Positions 19,649 through 29,832 of a DNA stretch of 64,000 nucleotides are shown here, piece by piece. A program made the translations under genes and the position numbers. The DNA is from Candidatus Pelethousia sp. (GTDB lineage: Bacteria; Bacillota; Clostridia; Christensenellales; CAG-138), in assembly GCA_034933245.1 (NCBI GenBank), contig JAYFNX010000004.1:9684-73683 (forward strand), written 5' to 3'. Within the stretch, counting starts at the first letter, position 1; the number at the start of each line of letters is the position of its first letter. Below the pieces are notes generated by a model. It made no database searches, had not been told where the DNA came from, and saw only the letters and a program-made list of their open reading frames with translations.

Positions 19649-20562
19649 TGCGCAAGCCCTCGGATAAATGCACAAATGGCGTCCATATCCTGCCGTCGGT
19701 CCTTCATGCCATATAGGACGTATACGTGCCACATGGCGGGGGCAACGGTTAAGGCGCTTTTGCAGCCGGAAGCCAGAAGCTTTTCATAAAGCTGCACCGC
19801 ATCGTCCCGCATAATCTCATCCCCGCCAACAAAAAGGAGGCTCTCTGGAAAATCCAGAAGGTCGCCAAATAAGGGCGAGGAAAGCGGGTTCGCAGGCTCA
19901 TCCGTATAGCAGGAAGCGAAAAATTGCAGGCGGCGCAGCGACATGGATGGGTCAACGAATTCGTTTTCGGCATAGGATTTGCCGGAAGCCGTTAGATCGG
20001 TCCAAGGCGAAATGCCGACGAGACCCGCCGGAAGCGGAAGCCCAAGCTTTTTTGCCGCAAGGCAAACGGAGAAAATAAGGCCGCCCCCCGCCGATTCGCC
20101 AACTAGGACGATTTTGCTGGGATCATATTCTTCAAGAAGAAAACGATAGGCGGCCATGGCATCATCCAGAGCGGCCGGGAAGGGATGTTCCGGCGCGAGG
20201 CGATAGGCCGGGCATAAAACGCGTATGCCGCCCTCCGTGGCAAGGGTTGCGCCAAAGCCCTTTGCATATTCGATACCGCCGCAACAATAGCCGCCCCCAT
20301 GAAGATAGAGGACGGCTCCGGAACAGTCCAAAGATGACGGCAGGGCCATGGCCGCTTGAAAACGGTCAAACGCCAGCGGGCAAAAGCGCACATCCGGGTG
20401 CTGTATTTTTTGCAACAGCACGCCGATGAAATCTTGCGCCCGGCGTTCTGCCGCAAGGGGCTCATCTTCCGTAAAGCTTTGCAGCTTTTTGAGCTGCTTG
20501 CGAAAGAAGGAAGAGGTCCATGATTTTGAAGAAAGTTCTTTCTCGTTCATAACTTTTTCCAT
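19645..20562 (-). CDS. Alpha/beta hydrolase (HSL-family esterase)
   Basis: HGGG, YRLAPEHPFPAALDD, GESAGG, SPWTD and MWHVY motifs. Start uncertain (20550 or 20562). Confidence 0.88.
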   Translation of the reverse strand: MEKVMNEKELSSKSWTSSFFRKQLKKLQSFTEDEPLAAERRAQDFIGVLLQKIQHPDVRFCPLAFDRFQAAMALPSSLDCSGAVLYLHGGGYCCGGIEYAKGFGATLATEGGIRVLCPAYRLAPEHPFPAALDDAMAAYRFLLEEYDPSKIVLVGESAGGGLIFSVCLAAKKLGLPLPAGLVGISPWTDLTASGKSYAENEFVDPSMSLRRLQFFASCYTDEPANPLSSPLFGDLLDFPESLLFVGGDEIMRDDAVQLYEKLLASGCKSALTVAPAMWHVYVLYGMKDRRQDMDAICAFIRGLAQ

Positions 20563-21337
20563 TATATTTTCTATGCGCCGGAAATGCAACCTGTTCCGTT
20601 GATTCCTGCTTTCAGCAAAGACGATGGAGCATGGCAAGAGAATACCGAAGCTGCAAAAAACGATAGCCAAAATGAAATAGGAAGCTTACCTATGGGGGGG
20701 CTTCTATACCCGCAAAAATAATGTTACCTCGCATAATGCATATTCCCGCTTCGCTCCATAAGGCCTGCTGCCTCCCGCTTGGCTGCTCGTTTCCCCTCCC
20801 GGCTGCCGCTTTGTGCGTTCTACACAAGGCGGTGCAAAAGTGCAGACCTATCATGTACCCGCCGGCTGGAAAGTATGCCGTCGTATGCGGATTTACCGCC
20901 CATATAGCGCCGCGTGGGGATTCCTCTTGGGCTCCTCCACATCTGCCCCTTCTCCATGTTTCGCAATGGGTACAGCCGCGTAAATTCCGGGCGGCCTTGC
21001 CCTGTTCCGCCTTGTTATGGGCGTTCGAAATACCCGTTTGCTTGGTTAGATCTCATTTGCAAGCTTGTAGTTTTTGCCCATGCCCTGGAAATTTTACTGG
21101 AGCGCCGGCACGGAAAATCTTGACTGACACCGCTGAAATTATATGTTATAATTTAGAAAAATTAAGCAATTTAATCAGTAACTAATTATTGCAATAACAC
21201 GGAGTTTATCCAGTGGTAGATTCTGTTTATAAAATACCAATTATTGAGACAGCAAATCTGCTCTTCAGCAGAAATGAAAATCAATGATAATCGTACAAAC
21301 GCAAGTGTGCATATTGAGTTATAAGTTAGGTGATAAA

Positions 21338-22513
21338 ATGGACAAGTTATCATATATACAACTTAATGCTTTCGCTTTTGTATTTCTGCTTCTTTGTTAC
21401 GGTAACATTCGCCATATAGGCAACCATTATTTATATGATCAAAAAATATTTTTGGTCATGATAGGGGCAAATGCTATTTTGCTTATTTTGGATTCTTTGC
21501 AGTGGCTTTTGGATGGAAAGCCGGGCGTAGCCCTAAGGGCATTATCCATAATTATAGCGGTAGCCTATAGCGCAACAACTCCCATTCCATGTTTTCTTTG
21601 GAGCATGTATGCTGATTATCAAATATACAGGGAGGAAAAGCATATAAAAAAATTGCTTTTACCGATGACAATTCCCTTGCTTATCAATTTGCTTTTTGCG
21701 TTACTTAGTGCTTTTTATGGACTTATATTCGTTATTGACCAGAATAATGTATACCACAGAGGCCCTCTTTTTTATTTAATGGTTTCAATCTGTTATTTTT
21801 ACCTTTTTTATTCCTTGATTTTTGTCATTCGAAAAAGAAAGTCTGTAGAACATAAAGTATATATTCCGCTGCTGCTATTTGCGTTACCACCTTTTATTGC
21901 CGGAATCATCCAAGCTCTGTTTTATGGAGTTTCTATTGTATGGGACTGTATGACAATTTCGATGTTTATTATTTTTATTAATATTCAAAACAGTCAACTA
22001 TATACGGATTCCCTAACCGGGCTATACAACCGTAGGCAATTTGATAATTATATGCAGGAATGTTTCAAGAATTGTGACGAGGGCGCCATGCTTGGGATCA
22101 TTATGGCCGATTTGGATTCGTTTAAGAATATAAACGATGTGTGGGGACACATTGCAGGGGATGCGGCGCTTGTGGAGACCGGAAAAATTCTTAAAGATAG
22201 TTTTAGGAAAAAAGATATAATTTGCCGCTATGGAGGTGACGAATTTGTGGTGGTTTTAAAAGTTAGCGGGATGGCTGAATTGTCCAACATTGTAGAAAAG
22301 CTCAAAACTAATATTATAAATTTTAATAAAAGAAAAAAGCTTCCCTATTCTATAAACTTCAGTGTGGGCTTCGACATATTTGATTGTAATTCCAACATGA
22401 CAATTCAGCAGTTTATTAGTCATATCGATAATTTAATGTATGAGGATAAAAGCCGGCACAAGTCAGACGAAGTGCAGCATGCGTATCATAACACAATCCA
22501 GCCAAACGTCTAG
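21338..22513 (+). CDS. Membrane-bound diguanylate cyclase
   Basis: About 7 TM N-terminus. DSLTGLYNRR, FKNINDVWGHIAGD, RKKD I-site and RYGGDEF. Confidence 0.92.
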   Translation: MDKLSYIQLNAFAFVFLLLCYGNIRHIGNHYLYDQKIFLVMIGANAILLILDSLQWLLDGKPGVALRALSIIIAVAYSATTPIPCFLWSMYADYQIYREEKHIKKLLLPMTIPLLINLLFALLSAFYGLIFVIDQNNVYHRGPLFYLMVSICYFYLFYSLIFVIRKRKSVEHKVYIPLLLFALPPFIAGIIQALFYGVSIVWDCMTISMFIIFINIQNSQLYTDSLTGLYNRRQFDNYMQECFKNCDEGAMLGIIMADLDSFKNINDVWGHIAGDAALVETGKILKDSFRKKDIICRYGGDEFVVVLKVSGMAELSNIVEKLKTNIINFNKRKKLPYSINFSVGFDIFDCNSNMTIQQFISHIDNLMYEDKSRHKSDEVQHAYHNTIQPNV

Positions 22514-22619
22514 TTATGTTTATAAAGCAGTTATTAATTCGATCAAGTGCTCTATAAACGTTGCAATAGACCAGCACGAATGCTATAAAGAGTTTTCAGC
22601 TATGAAGGAGGTATCCAAA

Positions 22620-23045
22620 ATGGCTAATACAAGTGCGCTGAAAGCGGTAACCAACTTCGCAATACAAGAAGTGGCTAAAGATTTAAAAATAGAACTGGCC
22701 CCCCAAAAGATTTATATAGGTAATGAAGGAGTAACTAAAAAATTTGACGGTGTCTCTCTAAACAAGGACATTATCGTAAAGGTTATTAATCATAGCGGTT
22801 ATACGTCGGGAAATAAACTACCAACTGGAAAGATCAGAAATACATTTGCAGACTGTTATTTCTTAAGCCTTACAAAGGCAAATTCTAAAATACTGGCTGT
22901 CACAAATCAGGAGTTTTATAAGATATTTAACGCACAGAGTAAGGGCCTTTTAGGTGAAATACAACTAAAATATATAGAATTACCTGATGAACTCAAAGAA
23001 ATCGCTCGGAAAGTTTCTCAAGATGCAAGTAGAGAAATGTCATAA
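22620..23045 (+). CDS. Hypothetical protein, possible PD-(D/E)xK nuclease-like fold
   Basis: AAGGAGG RBS, 141 aa, AT-rich. Contains KFDGVS...IIVKV, SGNKLPTGKI and ADCYFL. Fold call is an inference. Confidence 0.65.
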   Translation: MANTSALKAVTNFAIQEVAKDLKIELAPQKIYIGNEGVTKKFDGVSLNKDIIVKVINHSGYTSGNKLPTGKIRNTFADCYFLSLTKANSKILAVTNQEFYKIFNAQSKGLLGEIQLKYIELPDELKEIARKVSQDASREMS

Positions 23046-23264
23046 AAGATTGCGAGATCTGCAATTTGGTCAAGGAAATGAACTACGTGTTATGTTTATT
23101 ATGGACAATCGTTGCAAATAGAAAAAATGGCAACTCAAGTAAAGCAAACTCATACTTATAACCACATATTAACAAAATACTGACAAAAAAGAAGTATAAT
23201 ATCTACGTTATTCCTGGTGCGCTGTTTCAAATAATTACATGAAATGATAAGGAGGAGGATTCCC

Positions 23265-24749
23265 ATGAAAAAGAAGGTTATCGTCATAGGGGGCGGTATT
23301 GCGGGGCTTAGCGCGGGTATCTACGCGTTAAGGTGCGGCTTTGACGTTACTGTTTTGGAAAGCCATCGGATAGCGGGCGGAAACTGTACATCGTGGAAGC
23401 GGAACGGCTATCTGTTTGAGGGCGGTATGCACTGGCTGACGGGTTCCTTGAAACAAGAACCCATTCATAATATGTGGCGTACGGTGGGGGCGCTCAACGA
23501 CAGCGTGGAAATCCACTGTTCTGAACCATTCATCGAATATGACTACCAGGGCACGCCTATCCGCTTTTATAGGGATGTAGATACCACAGAAAAGCACTGG
23601 CTTTCCGTGTCCCCCGCGGATGCAAAAGAGATAAAAGCCCTATGCGATAACATTCGAAAAGTGAAGAACCTTTCTATGCCTGTTACGGATCTGCGTGGGG
23701 TGAAAGTGACAAAAAAGATGCGTATGCCAATTTCGCTGCTTTTTAGCGCGCTTTCCGCCATGAGAATCATGCGTACGTTTTCTAAAATCTCGAGAGATGC
23801 GTATGTCGGCAGATTCGCCCATGCGGGGTTGCGCGAAATGCTTTGCGCCCTAACAAGCGAAAAAAGTGGCGTGGTGCCGCTGTTTTTTACAATGGGTACG
23901 CTTGCCAGGGGTGATGGCGGCTTCCCCGAAGGCGGATCCTTGCCATTCGTCCATCGAATGGTGCAGACCCTGGAATCCCTGGGCGGTGAACTCCTACTAA
24001 GCACAAGGGGCGACCGCGTGATAATGGAAAACAATAAAGCGGTTGGCGTGATGGCGAACGGGAAAAACATGCCTGCCGACGCCGTGATTATTACAGCCGA
24101 TACCATGGCAATCGACGGCCTGTTCGACACGCCGCCCAAAGCACCTTGGCTGGAGGAAATGCATGCGGTGACAGAGCCTACGATGGCTACCTTCTTATCG
24201 TTCGGCATAAAGGCTGACTTGCGGAAATATCAGAAGGGCCTCGTTTTCAAGCTCCGGAAGCCGATTCCTTTGGCAACACAAAAATATGAATACCTGAGCG
24301 TCAACAATTATGCGTCGGATCCGGCCTATTCGCCTGAAGGGAAAACGGCGCTTACGATTATCTTAGACGGCGACACCTATGATTTTTGGAAAAAAGCAAA
24401 AGACGAGGATCGGTATTCGGATGAAAAACAAAAGTTGGCCGGGGTGGTAATAGAGGCATTGTCCGAGTTGATTCCTGAAACCAAAGGGCAAGTGGAGGTT
24501 TGCGATGTTGCAACGCCGTTAACCTACGAACGTTACTGCGGCAACTGGAAAGGTTCCTGGATGACGGAAATGACGCCAAGCATGAAGATGAAGAACTACC
24601 CGGCTGCTATCGATGGGCTGTCCGGCGTATACTTCGCGGGACAGCGCATGATGCCTCCCGGCGGCCTCCCTGTTGCGCTGATGACCGGCCGGACCGCGGT
24701 GCAGTATCTATGCCGTGATACCAACACGCTATTTATTAGTGAAGAATAA
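23265..24749 (+). CDS. Phytoene-desaturase-family FAD-dependent oxidoreductase
   Basis: GGGIAGL, GGNCTSW, FEGGMHW, DVATPLTYERY and PGGLP motifs. GGAGGAGG RBS. Confidence 0.88.
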   Translation: MKKKVIVIGGGIAGLSAGIYALRCGFDVTVLESHRIAGGNCTSWKRNGYLFEGGMHWLTGSLKQEPIHNMWRTVGALNDSVEIHCSEPFIEYDYQGTPIRFYRDVDTTEKHWLSVSPADAKEIKALCDNIRKVKNLSMPVTDLRGVKVTKKMRMPISLLFSALSAMRIMRTFSKISRDAYVGRFAHAGLREMLCALTSEKSGVVPLFFTMGTLARGDGGFPEGGSLPFVHRMVQTLESLGGELLLSTRGDRVIMENNKAVGVMANGKNMPADAVIITADTMAIDGLFDTPPKAPWLEEMHAVTEPTMATFLSFGIKADLRKYQKGLVFKLRKPIPLATQKYEYLSVNNYASDPAYSPEGKTALTIILDGDTYDFWKKAKDEDRYSDEKQKLAGVVIEALSELIPETKGQVEVCDVATPLTYERYCGNWKGSWMTEMTPSMKMKNYPAAIDGLSGVYFAGQRMMPPGGLPVALMTGRTAVQYLCRDTNTLFISEE

Positions 24750-24790
24750 GCGAGCAGGAGGATTATGCTATAAAAATGGCAGTATGCGCT

Positions 24791-24973
24791 TGGAGGGATA
24801 TCATAGAAGAGCAGAGTGCAACACCCCAAATGTGATAGAATTATCAGAAGAATGACGGGGTGTTTAAAATGCGCAAATATGATAAGGAATTTAAGGAAGA
24901 AGCGGTCAAACTGTCCGACGAGGTGGGCGTAAAGCAGGCGGTGGCACAGCTGGGCGGGTTCTTACCGCTTTGA
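24791..24973 (+). mobile_element. IS3-family left-end remnant with truncated orfA
   Basis: ORF 24869-24973 MRKYDKEFKEEAVKLSDEVGVKQAVAQLG matches the IS3 OrfA HTH start and breaks off after about 29 aa. Left boundary (TG at 24791) is tentative. Confidence 0.75.
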
Positions 24974-24998
24974 CCACGATGAAAGGAATGGCCGACTT

Positions 24999-25280
24999 AT
25001 GATTATTGAAGCGGCGACAATTAAACTTTATGCGCCGTGGGTGCATTCTTTAAAAGAGAAGCGTATGCTGGTAAAAAGCTTACTCGCGAAAACAAAGAAC
25101 AAATTCAATGTTTCGATAGCAGAGGTAGGCGAACAGGACATCCACCAGACGATTGTGCTTGGACTGGCCTGCGTTTCTGCCTCTGTATCGCATGCGGACA
25201 GTATGGTTGATTCCATATTGGCATTTATTGAGGCCAATACGGAGGCCGATGTCCTTGAAGTACAGCGCGAAAAAAGATAA
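24999..25280 (+). CDS. DUF503 (YlxP-like) protein
   Basis: SLKEKR and KFNVSIAEV motifs; 93 aa. Confidence 0.85.
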   Translation: MIIEAATIKLYAPWVHSLKEKRMLVKSLLAKTKNKFNVSIAEVGEQDIHQTIVLGLACVSASVSHADSMVDSILAFIEANTEADVLEVQREKR

Positions 25281-25302
25281 ACCGTAAGATTCGTTTCGGA
25301 TA

Positions 25303-25355
25303 TTGACAACAGTAAAAAGGTAATGTATTATATAAAAAGATAATGCATTACCTTT
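25303..25355 (+). promoter_or_regulatory. SigmaA promoter with inverted-repeat operator (probable MarR site)
   Basis: TTGACA-N17-TATTAT. AAAGGTAATGTATTA-N10-TAATGCATTACCTTT overlaps the -10 and +1. Confidence 0.65.
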
Positions 25356-25397
25356 ATTGGCGCGGCACGATCCAGTATGCTTGAAGGCGGTGGTAGT

Positions 25398-25898
25398 TTG
25401 AACCCCATAAAAACAAACGCAATTTCGGATGCACCCATGATTTTTGCGCTTCTATTAATCATTTCCAACAAGATGAATACGCTTCTTGATAGGGAATTCA
25501 AGGAATTCGATGTTACAACAAAGCAATGGTTTTTATCGGAAACCATACACAGCCTATTTGATGCCCCGCCCACGATGCAAGAGGTGGCCGGCGAAATGGG
25601 GAGTTCGCATCAAAATATTAAACAAGTAGCATTGAAGCTCCAGCACAAAGGCCTTTTGCAGTTAGAAAAGGACAAAAAGGATGCCAGGGTTACCAGGTTG
25701 CGATTGACAGGGAAGAGCGAGGCTTTCTGGGAAAAAACAGATCCCAAGGGCGCAGCCTTTAGAGAAAATATGTTTAAGGGAATGGAAAACAAAGACATTG
25801 CGACGACAAGAGGGCTGCTTGAAAAAATGCTGTTGAATTTAACAGAAATGGAGAAAGCAACTGTTGAAAGGGCGGAGAATGAGGGACACCATAAATAG
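25398..25898 (+). CDS. MarR-family transcriptional regulator
   Basis: TTKQWFL, SSHQNIKQVALKL and DKKDAR wing motif. Start uncertain. Confidence 0.88.
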   Translation: MNPIKTNAISDAPMIFALLLIISNKMNTLLDREFKEFDVTTKQWFLSETIHSLFDAPPTMQEVAGEMGSSHQNIKQVALKLQHKGLLQLEKDKKDARVTRLRLTGKSEAFWEKTDPKGAAFRENMFKGMENKDIATTRGLLEKMLLNLTEMEKATVERAENEGHHK

Positions 25899-25959
25899 TG
25901 GGCTAACGAGCCGGCCCTATCAGCATAGGCAGGCGGCTGAAAAAGAGAGCATTCGCAGG

Positions 25960-26793
25960 ATGAAAATGGGGCAAAGAATAAAACTGATAGCCATAATCGT
26001 AGCTTGCACGCTGGGCGATATCGTCCTGCATCTTGTTACAAGCGCATACAGTACGATGCCTGTGAATCCGAACTACAGCATCGTGGCAAAGTCGTTTGGA
26101 ATGGAAGTGACCGTTTCCCTTTGGGCGCTCCTCTCTTTTTCCGGGGCTGCTTATGTTTATGGCCGCATCAGAGACAGAATTCCGGGCGAGGGGGTAAAAA
26201 AGGGGCTGCGATACGGGGCGGGAATCGCACTGCTTTGGCTTTTTGCCATGCTGGAAGGGGTATCCCTATTTGGCAATCCAATCATAAACGAGTTTGTGGT
26301 TGGCCTGTGTGATGCGATCCCTGTTTTTATCATGGGAATTCTATTGAGCTTGCTGAAAGTGGAGAGCGGAGAGCGGGATGCTGCGGCCAAGCCGTTTTCT
26401 TTTGGACAGAAGCTAGCGGCCGTAGCTATCTTCGCGGGGGTATTCCTTCTTGGACGATATGCTGCCTATTTCCTGGGCGTGATTCAATCAGGCTATCAAA
26501 CAAGCCCGGTTTATACATGGATCTGGACGCTGCTTATGGGCGCCTGTATGGGAGCAGTCTATATTTTGCTGGGAAATGCCGCAGATTCGTGGTGCTTGGG
26601 ACGTAGCGCGGCGAAATTTGGACTCCTCATCTTTGGCGTTAACTGGGCCACGTTCCTTCTTTTCATGCCTTTCGTGTTTTCCGGCTATTTGACCGACGTG
26701 CTGGCCAGAATCATGATAGATACGCTGCTTGTAACGATCGGATATTATTTGGCATGCGGCCTAAAAATCGCGCGAAAACCTACCTTGCATTAA
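25960..26793 (+). CDS. Multi-pass membrane protein
   Basis: About 8 hydrophobic segments, downstream of marR. Start uncertain. Confidence 0.7.
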   Translation: MKMGQRIKLIAIIVACTLGDIVLHLVTSAYSTMPVNPNYSIVAKSFGMEVTVSLWALLSFSGAAYVYGRIRDRIPGEGVKKGLRYGAGIALLWLFAMLEGVSLFGNPIINEFVVGLCDAIPVFIMGILLSLLKVESGERDAAAKPFSFGQKLAAVAIFAGVFLLGRYAAYFLGVIQSGYQTSPVYTWIWTLLMGACMGAVYILLGNAADSWCLGRSAAKFGLLIFGVNWATFLLFMPFVFSGYLTDVLARIMIDTLLVTIGYYLACGLKIARKPTLH

Positions 26794-27137
26794 TGAGGCG
26801 CCCTTGCGCTCTTCGGCGCGGCCGGAACGTTTCACGCGTTGCATGGGATTTTGTACGGTACGGTATATTGGCTGCGCACAAGGATAGCCGCCGTTATCCG
26901 ATCCCGCAACGGCATAGCGTTCGAACGTATCCGGAGGATACCATGCTCTACATGGAAGGATCCGGCTATCTCGCTTATTCGAAAAAGGTACGGTACCGGT
27001 CGCTACCATTTGTTTGGTGAATCGGATGGCATGCAACAACCTGTTTTCATGCGCTTGAGGCCCTTCTTGCGCATGAAATACCATACCAAGTTGGGACATT
27101 CCTTGCAAAACCTGGAAAATAGAAAGGCAAAGGGCGG

Positions 27138-27803
27138 TTAAATCCGCAGGTTAAACCAATTCCTTTTATAATCGATAAGCCCGTCCCGCTTCATCCAGGA
27201 TAGCTCACGGGACAGCGCACTGCGATCCACATCAAGATACCCCGCCATGGCATCGCGCCCCATGGGAATGGTAAAAGAATGCGACCCCGCTTTGTGCGCA
27301 AATTCCAAAAGAAATGTTAGGACTTTATCGCGGATCGTGGGCCTGATTAGACAATCATTTCGATCGTGCAGCAGCAATGCTTTTTCCGCAACCGCATCCA
27401 GGAGATTGCTTAACAGCTTCGTGTGGTGCGGGCAATCGCACCTTGTGAGAATGTTTTGCATCGGGATAAACAGGACCGCAAGATTTTCGAGAGCTTGCAC
27501 TGTCACCGGGCTTGCGCGGCCATGGCTGGCCGCCAGCAGGATACCAATGTAACCGCCGGGCTTAATCAAGGTTACGATTACCTGCTTTCCGGCGGAATCG
27601 GTCTTTAACGAGCGCGCGGTTCCGGACAGCAGAATGGCGATGTTAGGCACCAGGTCGCCTTCCTCCACGATGGTTGCAGACCTAGGGAATTCTCTTCGTG
27701 TTGCGGACAGGCAAGAAAGCATAAGCGCAAGGTCGCCCTTTGGAATACCTTGAAATAATGGTGTTGCATGCAGCACGTTTTCTGCCATACGCTTCTCCTT
27801 CAT
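27138..27803 (-). CDS. Crp/Fnr-family transcriptional regulator
   Basis: PLFQGI, cNMP-binding fold, and HTH AGYLDVDRSALSRELS. Confidence 0.9.
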   Translation of the reverse strand: MKEKRMAENVLHATPLFQGIPKGDLALMLSCLSATRREFPRSATIVEEGDLVPNIAILLSGTARSLKTDSAGKQVIVTLIKPGGYIGILLAASHGRASPVTVQALENLAVLFIPMQNILTRCDCPHHTKLLSNLLDAVAEKALLLHDRNDCLIRPTIRDKVLTFLLEFAHKAGSHSFTIPMGRDAMAGYLDVDRSALSRELSWMKRDGLIDYKRNWFNLRI

Positions 27804-27858
27804 GGGTTCGCCTCGTATTTTCATAATTAGATAATAATCCGGAAATTTCTAGTATGCG

Positions 27859-27872
27859 GTTGCACGTGCAAC
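27859..27872. promoter_or_regulatory. Perfect 14-bp palindrome, candidate Crp/Fnr operator
   Basis: GTTGCACGTGCAAC between the divergent Crp/Fnr and ECF S-component genes. Confidence 0.55.
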
Positions 27873-27941
27873 GGACTTCTTCATTAAGATTATACTATCC
27901 TTTTCATAGAAGGCCTAATGGAAAGGATGGTATGAATAAAA

Positions 27942-28481
27942 ATGAAAACAAATTCTCGGGTTCTGTGGATTACCCAGACCGCCGCCTTTATTGCGCTTCT
28001 CGTGATTTTACAGGTGGGGACCGCGCCGCTGGGGAATATGCTGATTACAGGCGCAGTCGTCAACCTGTTGCTGGTTGTTTCCGTGATGACCTGCGGCCTT
28101 CTTTCCGGCGTAACCGTCTCCCTGCTTTCGCCCATATTGGCCAAGCTCTTCGGCATAGGCCCCCTGTGGAGCCTGATTCCCTTTATCACGCTTGGAAACC
28201 TGACCCTCTGCATCGTTTGGCATTGCATCCTAACAAATGCGAAATCGAAGGGACCCGGCACTTACCTAGCCGCCACGGTGGGGGCTGCGGTTGCAAAATT
28301 TTTAGTATTGTACCTGGGCATCGTGAAGCTGGCCATACCGGTTTTGCTTCGGTTGCCAGAAAAGCAGGCGTTGGTGGTATCCGGCATGTTTTCAATCCCG
28401 CAGCTTATAACGGCGCTCATCGGCGGGGCGGTTGCCGCAATGATTCTTCCGGTTTTGCAAAAAAGCGTTAGGCAAAAATGA
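27942..28481 (+). CDS. ECF transporter S component
   Basis: TAAFIALL (AxxxA), ITGAVVN and PQLITALIGG motifs; about 6 TM, 179 aa. Confidence 0.8.
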   Translation: MKTNSRVLWITQTAAFIALLVILQVGTAPLGNMLITGAVVNLLLVVSVMTCGLLSGVTVSLLSPILAKLFGIGPLWSLIPFITLGNLTLCIVWHCILTNAKSKGPGTYLAATVGAAVAKFLVLYLGIVKLAIPVLLRLPEKQALVVSGMFSIPQLITALIGGAVAAMILPVLQKSVRQK

Positions 28482-28797
28482 ATGGACGCAACATTTGCCT
28501 GCATACGATAGGGCGTTTTATAGGGCCCCGGGGCCGGTCCTTACCATGCGCAATCCAGCCGTAATTCAGAAAATCATTGGCCTGGATTCCGGCTTTTACG
28601 CCATACCGAGAGCGGCCATATGGCGTTCCGTCGTTCTCGTGCCCGCTATCGGCGCTTTTCCATTCTCATCGGTTTGCTGGATGTCCGGATAGAACGGGAA
28701 GCCGGCATACGGATGCGGGGAAGTCAACCCGGGATTCGGGGGCGCTTCTATTTGGGTTGCATTTTACTAAAAACTGTACTATGATATCCATAATTAA

Positions 28798-28887
28798 ATA
28801 GTGGGGAGCTTGTATGACAGGCTGAGAGGAAGGCTGATGAACCTTCGACCCGTATACCTGATTTGGATAATGCCAACGTAGGGACAT
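28798..28887 (+). ncRNA. TPP riboswitch aptamer
   Basis: GGGGAGC...GCTGAGAG...GACCC...ACCTGAT.TGGATAATGCCA.CGTAGGGA consensus. TTGCAT-N17-TATGAT promoter at 28757-28785; lies upstream of the thi genes. Confidence 0.95.
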
Positions 28888-28900
28888 GATAAGCGAAGCG

Positions 28901-28948
28901 ATGAGCGGAGATGCCGATACGAAATTGGCACATCCGCTCATTTTCTTT
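28901..28948 (+). terminator. TPP riboswitch expression-platform terminator
   Basis: ATGAGCGGA..TGCC...GGCA..TCCGCTCAT hairpin followed by TTTCTTT. Confidence 0.75.
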
Positions 28949-29010
28949 CCACAATCCCGCCGTTCGATGCCCCATTAGCCAAGATAAAATCTATTCTGGA
29001 GGAACATTTC

Positions 29011-29832
29011 ATGCTGGAAACCTGTTTGGAAAACGTGAGAGCGATGGCGCCGCTGGTGCACAACATCACAAATTATGTCACGGTCAATGATGTGGCCAAT
29101 ATTCTGCTCGCCTGCGGAGCGAGCCCGGTTATGTCGGATGAGCCCGACGATATCGTGGATATCACATCCATCAGCGGCGGCTTGCATATCAATATTGGCA
29201 CGCTGAATAAGCGCACCATTGAAGCAATGTATCTGGCCGGGCGCCATGCAAACGAGCTAGGGCACATCGTTTTGCTGGACCCGGTGGGTGCCGGGGCCAG
29301 CACGCTGCGAACAGACACCGCCGGAAAGCTTATGCAGAAAATTAAATTCCACGCGATTCGCGGCAACATTTCCGAAATCAAGACCTTAGCCCGGGGAAGC
29401 GGCACGACCAAGGGCGTGGACGCCAATTTGGCGGACGCGGTTACGGAAGAAAACCTGGAGCAAATGATTGTTTTTGCGAAAGCCTTTGCCGCAAAAGCAA
29501 ACTGCATTGCCGCGATCACAGGCGCTATCGATCTGGTGGCGGATAGCGAAACGTGCTATGTGATCCGCAACGGAAAAGCTGAAATGGGGCGCATTACGGG
29601 AACCGGTTGCCAGCTTTCAGGCATGATGACGGCATTTTTAATCGCAAATCCGGGGAACAAACTAGAGGCGGCGGCAGCGGCCGTGTGCACCATGGGCCTG
29701 GCCGGGGAGATCGGATTTCAAAACCTCTGCGCAAACGAGGGCAATGCTACCTACCGCAATCGTATTATCGACGCCGTGTATCACATGCATGCCGCCACCC
29801 TGCAAAAAGGAGCGCGCTATGAAGTGCGATAA
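29011..29832 (+). CDS. thiM: Hydroxyethylthiazole kinase
   Basis: PLVHNITNYVT, INIGTL, LDPVGAGAS, IRGNISEI and ITGTGC motifs. Confidence 0.95.
   Translation: MLETCLENVRAMAPLVHNITNYVTVNDVANILLACGASPVMSDEPDDIVDITSISGGLHINIGTLNKRTIEAMYLAGRHANELGHIVLLDPVGAGASTLRTDTAGKLMQKIKFHAIRGNISEIKTLARGSGTTKGVDANLADAVTEENLEQMIVFAKAFAAKANCIAAITGAIDLVADSETCYVIRNGKAEMGRITGTGCQLSGMMTAFLIANPGNKLEAAAAAVCTMGLAGEIGFQNLCANEGNATYRNRIIDAVYHMHAATLQKGARYEVR

Noticed and set aside
20721..21185. 154-aa ORF between the esterase and GGDEF genes
   Set aside because: No RBS or motif, and it runs through divergent promoter sequence.
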